NCBI GenBank assembly: GCA_040766105.1
Contig: JAXGRD010000005.1
Coordinates: 138,178-202,177 of the forward strand
DNA length: 64,000 nt
Source: Anaerovoracaceae bacterium
GTDB taxonomy: Bacteria > Bacillota > Clostridia > Peptostreptococcales > Anaerovoracaceae
Direction: 5' to 3'
How positions within the stretch are numbered: the stretch's first letter is position 1; each line of letters begins with the position of its first letter. This document shows positions 45,323 to 53,856 of this stretch, one piece after another. The translations under genes were made by a program, and so were the position numbers. The notes beneath the pieces are model-generated. The model was given only the letters and a program-made list of their open reading frames with translations. It ran no database searches and was not told where the DNA came from.

Positions 45323-46894
45323 ATGGAAAATAACAATTTAGGGAAAAAACAAAAGAAATTTGATGTTCCGCAAATCGTTGTCAGCTGTGCCGTCTTGTTT
45401 GCCTTCGTTGCATTTATGGCGATTAAGCCGGAGATGACACTGAATGCGGTTAACAGTTCCTTTGACTGGCTCATCAAATACTTTGGTTCCATGTTGCTCA
45501 TCTTTACCTTTACAGCTGTTATTATATCGGTATATTTTTGCTTAAGCGGTAAATACGGCAACATCAAATTAGGAGATGCCGAGCCCGAATACAACATGTT
45601 CAGTTATGTGGCCATGATGACCCTTGCTGCTGTTGCATCTGCACTGCTCTACTGGTCATTTACTGAGTGGGCATACTACTATGTGTCCCCGGGAATTGGA
45701 ATCGAGCCGGAATCCATACAGGCGGCGGAGGCTTCATTGGGTTACGCTTTCTTCCACTGGGGTATTTCCGGGCAAGCCATCTACGTGGTCATCGCCTTGG
45801 CACTATCCTATGCTTACTACATCAGAAAGGTGCCGGAACTGCAGACCAGTGCTATCTGTGTTGAGATGATGGGAGACAGATTGAACCCTACCGCCAGAAC
45901 CGGTCTGGGCAAGGTCATTGACTTCGTCGTTATCTTTGGAATCGTTGGTGGTCTTGGATGTTCTTTGGGTCTGGCAGTGCCTCTGGCCGGCGGCGCTTTG
46001 ACTCAACTCTTCGGAATTGACGTCACCTTCCCCATTCAGGTGGGCATCGTACTGTTCATCGCAGCGGTATTCACCTTTACATCCTTTATCGGAACGAAAA
46101 AAGGAATGAAGAACTTGAGTAACGGGTCGGTTATCTTGGCAGGCGTATTCCTGCTTTGGATCTTCTTGACAGGACCTACGGACTTTATCATGAAGAATAC
46201 AGCAAACTCCTTTGGATGGATGTTGGAAATCTTCCCAAGAGCTAGTCTCTTTACCGATCCCATTGCCGATACAGGCTTCCCGGAATCATGGACTCTGTAC
46301 TTCCAGGCATTCTACCTGAACTACGGTGCCATGATGGGAATCTTCATTACCAAAATCTCCAAGGGCAGAACCATCAGACAGCTCTCCATTGCATCCCTCA
46401 TCGGAATCAGTGTGGGCGGTTGGTTGGTGTTTGCTATAGATGGCAGTTTCTCCATCTACTCCCATGTGAACGGATTGACAGACGTTGTAGAGTTAGTAAA
46501 CAGTAACGTAGGAGAAGCCGGAATCTATCAGGTTCTTGAACTCTTGCCCGGCGGCGCAGTATTCCTTCCTGCTTTGGTGTTAATCATCATGGTTGGATTT
46601 GTGGCATCCTCTTTGGACTCCGCTTCCCTTTCGCTGTCACAGACGACCCAGCCCATACCGGAAAAAGACGGCAATGTCAACAGATGGCTTCGTGTGTTCT
46701 GGTGTATCGTATTGACGCTGGTACCACTGTCCATCATGTTTGTAGAAGCAAACTTCTCGATTCTAAAAATATTTTCAATCGTTGTATCCATACCGTTTAT
46801 GTTCGTGGTCATCTTCCTGATGTACAACTTCTTCAGATGGCTGAAGGAAGATGAGAGAGCAGGCAAATTGGACAATATCGGTTTGAAAAAATAA
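45323..46894 (+). CDS. BCCT-family (betaine/carnitine/choline-type) transporter
   Basis: 12-TM profile and BCCT signature ...WTLYFQAFYLNYGAMMGIFITKISKGRTIRQL. The ATG at 45323 lies behind AGGAGG. Confidence 0.8.
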   Translation: MENNNLGKKQKKFDVPQIVVSCAVLFAFVAFMAIKPEMTLNAVNSSFDWLIKYFGSMLLIFTFTAVIISVYFCLSGKYGNIKLGDAEPEYNMFSYVAMMTLAAVASALLYWSFTEWAYYYVSPGIGIEPESIQAAEASLGYAFFHWGISGQAIYVVIALALSYAYYIRKVPELQTSAICVEMMGDRLNPTARTGLGKVIDFVVIFGIVGGLGCSLGLAVPLAGGALTQLFGIDVTFPIQVGIVLFIAAVFTFTSFIGTKKGMKNLSNGSVILAGVFLLWIFLTGPTDFIMKNTANSFGWMLEIFPRASLFTDPIADTGFPESWTLYFQAFYLNYGAMMGIFITKISKGRTIRQLSIASLIGISVGGWLVFAIDGSFSIYSHVNGLTDVVELVNSNVGEAGIYQVLELLPGGAVFLPALVLIIMVGFVASSLDSASLSLSQTTQPIPEKDGNVNRWLRVFWCIVLTLVPLSIMFVEANFSILKIFSIVVSIPFMFVVIFLMYNFFRWLKEDERAGKLDNIGLKK

Positions 46895-46915
46895 ATTCAC
46901 TCTTTGTTCATGTCA

Positions 46916-46950
46916 AAAGGATGCAAGACCTGCTGTCTTGTGTCCTTTTG
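46916..46950 (+). terminator. intrinsic terminator after the BCCT transporter
   Basis: AAAGGATGCAAGAC-ctgct-GTCTTGTGTCCTTT: 14 bp including two G-U pairs, followed by a T-rich tail. Confidence 0.65.
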
Positions 46951-46996
46951 CTATTGGGTGTATCATGGGGTTAATAGCGGATGAAGCGAGGAGAAA

Positions 46997-48424
46997 ATGG
47001 AGAAAGAAAACCAAAAAAACTTTGATAACCTATCGGAAATCGTCCTTATTGAAGACCCTGTTGGCAACATTAAATATGTCAATAAGGCTTTTTGCGATTG
47101 TCACGGTGTTTCTCAAGAAGAGGCTATAGGAAGAAGTTGCTTCGACTTCATCATTCCCGAAGACCGTGAGCGGTGCACCATGCACAATGTGGTCACGCCT
47201 GAAAATTCCAGTTATCGAATCGAAGGAAGGTCTAAAAGGGTCGATGGCAAGATCATTTGGATTCAATATGTGGGAAAGGCTTTCTTCTCCGAAGAAGGAG
47301 AACTTCTTGAATTCCAGGAGTTGGGTGTGGACATCACCCAATGGAAGGAAAAGATTGCCGAAAAGACAAAGGAGCTGGAAAAGGCCAATGAACAGCTAAA
47401 CAGACCTAAAATTTCGGTAGCGGAGACCAAGGTTTCCGGTGGTAAGAATAGTAGCCGCAGAAATGCAGCCATATATAAGTTTTCCGACATTATTACGGCA
47501 AATCCCAAACTTATCGGTCAGAAGACTTATGCGGAAGCGGTAGCCGACGGAGAGTGTTCGGTCCTCATTGAAGGGGAAAGCGGCACCGGCAAGGAGTTGT
47601 TTGCCCAAGCCATCCATAACGGCAGCCGGCGAGTCAACGGTCCCTTCGTAGCGGTGAACTGTGGTGCCATTCCAACAGAGCTAATCAGCAGTGAGTTCTT
47701 TGGCTATGAGGAGGGGGCATTTACGGGAGCGGCAAGAGGCGGCAAGGCGGGAAAGTTTGAGCAGGCCTCGGGAGGAACTCTTTTTCTCGATGAAATCGGA
47801 GAAATGCCCATGGCGCAGCAGGTGGCACTTCTCAGGGTATTGGAGACAAAGTCGGTTACCAGGGTAGGGGGAAATAAAGAAATTCCCATAGATATTCGCA
47901 TTGTCTGTGCCACCAACAGGGACTTACTGGATGAAATCAACCAAAACCGCTTCAGGCGGGACCTGTACTATCGATTGAATATCATCAATATAAAGATCCC
48001 ACCCTTGCGGCAGAGGCGAGAAGATATATACTTGCTCATAGGATACTTCATCAAAAGGTTCGGAAGCAATTCCTTTGCCAAGAGGGCGGCCTTCAGCGAT
48101 GAACAGCTCATTCGACTTTACAACTATGACTGGCCGGGGAATGTGAGAGAATTACAAAACGCAGTAGAGAGGATGCGCTTTCGACCGGAAGAGACGGTAG
48201 ACGAGATCTTGGGAACCATGCAAAGTCAAACTTTGGGAGTGGATAAAAAAACAAAAGGGGAATTGAAAGACAAAGGAAAAATCGGGGAACAAGAAGCCTT
48301 GGAAGAAGCCTTGGAGTTGTGTGAGGGTAACATCAGTATGGTGGCCAGAAAATTAGGAATCTCACGGAAAACCGTATATAAGCGCATGGAGAAATACCAT
48401 ATCCAAGGTGGACAAAAACTGTAA
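46997..48424 (+). CDS. sigma-54-dependent transcriptional activator (PAS - AAA+ - HTH), paralog 2
   Basis: GESGTGKE, SSEFFGYEEGAFTGA and a C-terminal HTH. Confidence 0.9.
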   Translation: MEKENQKNFDNLSEIVLIEDPVGNIKYVNKAFCDCHGVSQEEAIGRSCFDFIIPEDRERCTMHNVVTPENSSYRIEGRSKRVDGKIIWIQYVGKAFFSEEGELLEFQELGVDITQWKEKIAEKTKELEKANEQLNRPKISVAETKVSGGKNSSRRNAAIYKFSDIITANPKLIGQKTYAEAVADGECSVLIEGESGTGKELFAQAIHNGSRRVNGPFVAVNCGAIPTELISSEFFGYEEGAFTGAARGGKAGKFEQASGGTLFLDEIGEMPMAQQVALLRVLETKSVTRVGGNKEIPIDIRIVCATNRDLLDEINQNRFRRDLYYRLNIINIKIPPLRQRREDIYLLIGYFIKRFGSNSFAKRAAFSDEQLIRLYNYDWPGNVRELQNAVERMRFRPEETVDEILGTMQSQTLGVDKKTKGELKDKGKIGEQEALEEALELCEGNISMVARKLGISRKTVYKRMEKYHIQGGQKL

Positions 48425-48431
48425 CCTTAAC

Positions 48432-48463
48432 AAAAACTGTAACCCTGAAAGGTTACAGTTTTT
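48432..48463 (+). terminator. intrinsic terminator after activator 2
   Basis: AAAAACTGTAACC-ctgaaa-GGTTACAGTTTTT. Confidence 0.7.
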
Positions 48464-48518
48464 GCATACGCAAGAAAGGAGAGTCTATAAAAAGGGTTGA
48501 AATCAAAGGGTTGTATTT

Positions 48519-48534
48519 TGGCACAGAAGTTGCT
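48519..48534 (+). promoter_or_regulatory. sigma-54 promoter TGGCAC-agaag-TTGCT (consensus)
   Basis: Perfect TGGCAC-N5-TTGC, 55 nt upstream of the mttB ATG. Confidence 0.85.
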
Positions 48535-48588
48535 CTATATAGTTGCAACAAATCGTTTTTCATAAAGAACGTTAGATGGGAGGTCATT

Positions 48589-50067
48589 ATGGCAAAACGA
48601 AAAAAATCAACAGTTGGCGCATTGGATAATTTGAAGTGTGCCAATTCCTATGGGAATAAACTTACAGATGATGAACTTTACGCGATTCATGCAGCAAGTC
48701 TGGAAGTTCTGGCTGAAATCGGAATCAAGGTGGAAAGCAAGAAAGCGCAAAAGATATTTGCTGACGGCGGTGCCACCATTGATGGTGACTTTGTAAGAAT
48801 TCCTCCTTCCTTGGTGGAAGAATGCATCCGCACGGCTCCTTCCGTGATTAAATTGGCAGGCAGAAACCCCAAGAACGATTACATTATCAAGCAAAAGAAA
48901 GTAGCGTTTATCAACTTTGGCGAGGGGGTCAATGTAATCGATCCCTATACAAAGGAATACAGAAGGTCCACCAAGGAAGACCTGGGTCGCAACACTAAGG
49001 TTGCCGACTCCCTAAAGGTGCTTCCCGTTGCCTATCGATCTGTTGCTGCGCAAGATAAGCCGGGTGCAGTACAGGCGCTTCACAATATGGAAGTCATGTT
49101 TCACAACACATCCAAGCATATTTTTATCGGACCCGATGGTGCGGTAAATGCGTCGAAAATTATCGACATGGCCGCATTTATCATGGGCGGCAAGGACGTT
49201 CTTCGGGAGAGACCCATTGTGACATTTAACGTTTGTCCCACCAGCCCTCTCCAACTGAACCCCACGGCGGCAGATACCATTATCGTCGGTGCGGAACATG
49301 GAATCCCCAGCAATGTTATATCCATGGCACTGGCAGGGGCAACCGGACCGGTTACCATGGCCGGCGTCTTGGTTACACACAATGCAGAGGTTCTTTCTGC
49401 TGTGGTTCTTTCCCAGCTGACCAAAAAGGGCGCACCGGTACTGTACGGTAGTTCTACATCCATGATGGACATGCGCCACCTCACTACGCCGGTAGGGGCA
49501 CCGGAATTGGCAATGATCAGCAACGCCGTTGCACAGTTGTCCCAGTACTATCTGCTACCAAGTTTCGTAGCCGGTGGTTAGGCAGACAGCAAGTTACCCG
49601 ATGCACAGGCTGCTCACGAAAAGACCTTAACCGCTATGATGGCTGCCCAGGGCGGCGCCAACCTGATATACGGTGCAGGAATGATCGAACTGGGCATGAC
49701 CTTCGACCTTGCCCAACTGATTATCGACTCAGAAATCTACAAGATGGTATTGCATACTGTAAAGGGATTTGAAGTCAATGAAGAAACGTTGGCTCTTGAT
49801 GTAATCAAGGAGATTAAAACAGGAGAATTCGTTTCTCATCCTCATACAGTGACCAACTTTAAGGACATCCAGTCTCACTCCAACGTGATCAACCGACAGT
49901 CGAGAGAAGCTTGGCTGGCAGGCGGATCCAAGGATATGACAACGGTTGCCTACGAAAAAGCAATAGATATTCTTGAAAATTACACGCCGGATCCCCTTAC
50001 GGATGAACAGGCAGAATATATCAAAAAAATCGTGGAAGATGCGGAAGAGGAATACGGAGTGAAGTAA
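48589..50067 (+). CDS. mttB: trimethylamine:corrinoid methyltransferase with an in-frame TAG (pyrrolysine codon) at 49579-49581
   Basis: The track ORFs 48511-49581 and 49636-50067 share a frame. The junction reads ..[28 protein letters not shown].., matching ..LPSYVAGS-Pyl-SDAKVPDDQAGHEKTMT.. of Methanosarcina MttB as I recall it. The ATG at 48589 (MAKRKK) lies behind GGGAGG. Confidence 0.85.
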
Positions 50068-50078
50068 AGGAGAAAATC

Positions 50079-50711
50079 ATGAGCAAGGTATTAAGAAATC
50101 TTAGAGAAGCCATTGAAGACGGCGACATGGATGAAGTGGTGGAGCTGGTTCAGGAAGCATTGGATGACGAAGTCCCCGCCCAAGAAATCCTCAACGACGG
50201 CCTCATTGAAGGGATGAACGAAGTGGGAGATATGTTTAAGGATGGAGAAATGTACGTTCCTGAAGTACTCATGTCGGCCAATGCCATGGATGCGGGGATG
50301 GAAATTCTCAAACCCTACCTGAAGGAAGGGGATGTGAAGAAAGTTGGGAAGGTGGTATTCTGCACTGTAAAAGGAGACCTTCACGATATCGGAAAGAAGC
50401 TCTGCGTCATGATGATGGAAGGCGGCGGCTTTGATGTAGTGGACTTAGGTGTAGATGTAGGTGTTGAAGATATCATGGCGGCAGTGGAAGATCATCAGCC
50501 CAATATTCTGGCAATGTCTGCCATGTTAACCACGACGATGGTTACCATGGACGAGGCAGTAAATGCACTGGAGGAAGCGGGAAAAGATGACATAAAGGTG
50601 ATGGTAGGGGGCGCACCTTTGTCGGGAGATTATGCAGAAAATATTTCTGCCAACTATTCCGAAGATGCCATTGCCGCTGTCGCTTTAGCAAACAAACTTT
50701 TGGGAAACTGA
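50079..50711 (+). CDS. mttC: methyltransferase-cognate corrinoid (B12-binding) protein
   Basis: 210 aa with DLHDIGK (DxHxxG). The symbol comes from adjacency to mttB. Confidence 0.75.
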   Translation: MSKVLRNLREAIEDGDMDEVVELVQEALDDEVPAQEILNDGLIEGMNEVGDMFKDGEMYVPEVLMSANAMDAGMEILKPYLKEGDVKKVGKVVFCTVKGDLHDIGKKLCVMMMEGGGFDVVDLGVDVGVEDIMAAVEDHQPNILAMSAMLTTTMVTMDEAVNALEEAGKDDIKVMVGGAPLSGDYAENISANYSEDAIAAVALANKLLGN

Positions 50712-50738
50712 TTTACGGTTCATTGGCTATTTCTCGTG

Positions 50739-50804
50739 GTAACGTGATATAATTCCAGTCAAGGGTTCGTTGGGCACCAGCCCGATGAACCCTTGTACCG
50801 TTAC
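50739..50804 (+). other. three-tier hairpin of unknown function between mttC and activator 3
   Basis: Outer stem GTAACG/CGTTAC, middle stem CAAGGGTTC/GAACCCTTG, inner stem GGGC-acca-GCCC. No T-run follows. Confidence 0.35.
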
Positions 50805-50824
50805 TGCCATAGGAAAGGAAAGTT

Positions 50825-52237
50825 ATGATGGAACACAAAGATGAAAAGATGGATATTCTTTTTAAGGTTATGGACAACGAAAATGACGTGACCTTAACAG
50901 ACGGAAAGGGTGTTGTCATCAGAATCAGTGATTCCTACGAAAAGCACTACAATGTTTCAAAAGATGAAGTGATAGGAAAGTCCATTTGGGAATTGGAAGA
51001 TGTGGGCATATTTAAACCCTCCGTCACCGCCATCGTGCTGGAGAAGAAGTGCAAGGCGACTATATTGCAGAAGAACATGATGGGGGAAAGCATTCTCACT
51101 ACAGGAGTTCCCATTTTTGATGATGAAGGAGAAATTGAATATGTGATCAGCTTCAATTCCATTGACATCGCCAACATGAATTCCCTTCAAGAAAAGTACA
51201 ATAAACTAACGGAATTAATGCAAGCATACAACGAAGAAATCAATGCTCTCAGGATGGAGGAAATCAAGGACAAGGAATTGGTCACCAAAAGCAACCACAT
51301 GGAGAAGATTAAAACATTGGTAGACCAAGTTGCCGACACCCATGCAAACATCTTGATAACAGGAGAAACGGGTGTGGGGAAGAGCATGATTGCAAAAATT
51401 GTCCACCAAAAGAGTGGAAGGGTGGACGGCCCGTTTGTGGAAATCAACTGCGGTACCATACATGAAAACCTAATCGAATCAGAACTCTTTGGCTACGAGA
51501 AGGGGGCCTTTACGGGAGCCAACGAAAAGGGAAAGATGGGCAAGATAGAACTTGCCAACGGTGGCACTCTTTTCCTGGATGAAATCGGGGAACTTTCCTT
51601 GGGCATGCAGATGAAACTGCTGCAGGCGATACAGGAAAAAGAAATTACCCGCGTAGGAGGGCTGAATAAAATCAAGGTGGATTTTCGCCTCATTGCAGCC
51701 ACCAATCGAGATTTAAAGAAGCGAATCAAGGAGAATCTTTTCCGAGAAGATCTATACTATCGATTGAACGTGATCCCCATCTCTATTCATCCCTTGCGAG
51801 ATCGCCCCGATGATATTCGCCCCTTGGTGGAGAACTTTTTGGTTCGTGCCAATGGAAAGTACAACCGAAATGTGACGATCCAAGAAGAGGCAATTGCCTT
51901 ACTGGAAAAGCATAGCTGGCCCGGAAATATAAGGCAAGTGGAGAACTTAGTGGAACGTCTGGTCATCATGTCCGTAGGTGACTTGGTTACGGCTTCCGAT
52001 CTTCCCACAGAAATCCGATATGGTGGAAGAAGCCATTACGGCATTGGCGAAACGGACTCACTGAAAGAGATACTGGAGAGCGTGGAAAAGCAGATTGTGA
52101 AAGAAGCCTACGAAAAAGGGGGAACCAGTATTGCCGTAGGGAAAACCTTGAAAATCAGCCAAGCGACCGCTGCAAGGAAGTTGCGTAAATACATTCCCGG
52201 ATATGCGGAACAGCCCAAGAAAGAGGGTAGTCAATAA
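50825..52237 (+). CDS. sigma-54-dependent transcriptional activator (PAS - AAA+ - HTH), paralog 3
   Basis: GETGVGKS, ESELFGYEKGAFTGA and a C-terminal HTH. Confidence 0.9.
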   Translation: MMEHKDEKMDILFKVMDNENDVTLTDGKGVVIRISDSYEKHYNVSKDEVIGKSIWELEDVGIFKPSVTAIVLEKKCKATILQKNMMGESILTTGVPIFDDEGEIEYVISFNSIDIANMNSLQEKYNKLTELMQAYNEEINALRMEEIKDKELVTKSNHMEKIKTLVDQVADTHANILITGETGVGKSMIAKIVHQKSGRVDGPFVEINCGTIHENLIESELFGYEKGAFTGANEKGKMGKIELANGGTLFLDEIGELSLGMQMKLLQAIQEKEITRVGGLNKIKVDFRLIAATNRDLKKRIKENLFREDLYYRLNVIPISIHPLRDRPDDIRPLVENFLVRANGKYNRNVTIQEEAIALLEKHSWPGNIRQVENLVERLVIMSVGDLVTASDLPTEIRYGGRSHYGIGETDSLKEILESVEKQIVKEAYEKGGTSIAVGKTLKISQATAARKLRKYIPGYAEQPKKEGSQ

Positions 52238-52417
52238 TGACTAATAGTCATCTGTGATTACTCCGGTAAATCAGCATTATGCGTCATTCCCGTCCCATTC
52301 TAGTCAAAAATGAATACACCTAAGTTGAGACCTTCGTGAGTCTTTGAAATCATCCTTAGAAACCCTTAAATTTCAATGAAATTCAACCATACTCTTTCAC
52401 ACGACATGCCATTTTTA

Positions 52418-52433
52418 TGGCATGTTCTTTGCT
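52418..52433 (+). promoter_or_regulatory. sigma-54 promoter TGGCAT-gttct-TTGCT
   Basis: Exact GG-N10-GC spacing, 54 nt upstream of the aminotransferase ATG. Confidence 0.75.
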
Positions 52434-52486
52434 TATATTATTCTCAATGATAAGTAAGATCTACCGTAAGGGAAAAGGAGAAGAAA

Positions 52487-53839
52487 ATGGATTTAAGAAA
52501 CAGTTTGCCCAAAATCGTTACGGAGAAAGTACCGGGACCCAAATCTGCAGAAATGCTGAAGATTAGAAAGGACAATGTAACCGATGCCGTGGGGATGCTT
52601 TCACCGGTCTTCGTGGAAAGGGCCGAAGGCGCCATGGTGCTGGACATTGACGGGAACACCTTTGTGGACTTTGTAGCGGGCATCGGCGTGCTCAATGTGG
52701 GCCATTCTCATCCAGAGGTGGTGGAGGCTGTCAAAGCCCAATGTGATAAGTACTTTGCTCCCAATATCAATGTGTTCAACTACGAACAATACCCGAGATT
52801 GGCGGAAAAGCTCAATGAGATTATTCCCATAGATGGAGAAAAGGAAACGATTTTGGTCAACACCGGTGCGGAAGCGGACGAAAATGCCATCAAACTGGCA
52901 AGGCGTTTTACCGGAAGGTCAGAGGTCATTTGCTTTACAGGTGCTTTTCACGGAAGATCCTACATGACCATGGCCATGACCAGTAAGTGCCGCCCCTATA
53001 AAACGGGATTCGGACCATTGCCCGGCGGTGTCCATCGCTTCCCCTTTCCCTACTGCTATCGTTGTCCCTATGGCTTGGAAAAAGAAAGCTGCGGACTACA
53101 CTGTGCAAAGATGTTTGAAGAGAGCTTTTTCCTGGAGTACGTAGCACCGGATCAGGTGGCAGCTATTATCATAGAGCCAATCCTGGGTGAAGGGGGCTTT
53201 GTTGTAGCTCCCGATGAATTCATGGTGGAAATGCGAAGGTTGTGCGATAAGTACGGCATAGTCCTCATTGCCGATGAGATTCAAACAGGCTATGCAAGAA
53301 CGGGGAAGATGTTTGCCTGTCAGCATTGGAGCGTCAAGCCGGATATGGTGGTCAGTGCCAAATCCGTTGCAGGAGGAATTCCCGTTTCCTGTGTCACTGC
53401 AAGACAGGACATCATGGATTCGGTGGGCCCGGGAGAACTGGGTGGAACCTATTCGGGGAACGCCTTGGCCACTGCCTCAGCACTTAAGATTTTGGAAATC
53501 TTGAAGAGGGATGACTTCTGCGGAAAGGCAAATCACATTGGAGATATCCTGACAAAGCGACTCTATGAATGTAAGGAGAAATACGAGATTATTGGCGATG
53601 TGAGAGGTGTCGGTGCCATGATGGCCATTGAGTTGGTAAAGAACAGGGCTACAAAGGAACCTGCCAAAGATGAAACGAAAAAAATCATTGGAGAGTGTAT
53701 CGCAAATGGCCTGGTTGTTTTAGGGGCCGGCGTAAGAGACAACTGTATAAGGTTCCTGACTCCCCTTGTGATTACCGATGAACAGCTGAATGCAGGCTTA
53801 GATATTTTGGAAAAAGCCATTGAAAGAGTAAACGAATAG
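52487..53839 (+). CDS. class-III PLP-dependent aminotransferase (GabT / omega-aminotransferase-like)
   Basis: 450 aa with GIGVLNVGHSHP, FTGAFHGRS, LIADEIQTGYARTG and VSAKSVAGG (PLP Lys). The stop codon is TAG. Confidence 0.8.
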   Translation: MDLRNSLPKIVTEKVPGPKSAEMLKIRKDNVTDAVGMLSPVFVERAEGAMVLDIDGNTFVDFVAGIGVLNVGHSHPEVVEAVKAQCDKYFAPNINVFNYEQYPRLAEKLNEIIPIDGEKETILVNTGAEADENAIKLARRFTGRSEVICFTGAFHGRSYMTMAMTSKCRPYKTGFGPLPGGVHRFPFPYCYRCPYGLEKESCGLHCAKMFEESFFLEYVAPDQVAAIIIEPILGEGGFVVAPDEFMVEMRRLCDKYGIVLIADEIQTGYARTGKMFACQHWSVKPDMVVSAKSVAGGIPVSCVTARQDIMDSVGPGELGGTYSGNALATASALKILEILKRDDFCGKANHIGDILTKRLYECKEKYEIIGDVRGVGAMMAIELVKNRATKEPAKDETKKIIGECIANGLVVLGAGVRDNCIRFLTPLVITDEQLNAGLDILEKAIERVNE

Positions 53840-53856
53840 GATAAGGAGAAGAAAAA

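Noticed and set aside
42959-52486. Search for a tRNA-Pyl (pylT) or other tRNA in the intergenic regions of the methylamine cluster.
   Set aside because: No segment showed acceptor-stem pairing plus a CUA anticodon loop. The hairpins found are terminators or the 50739-50804 structure. pylT is therefore not in this window as far as I can see by eye.
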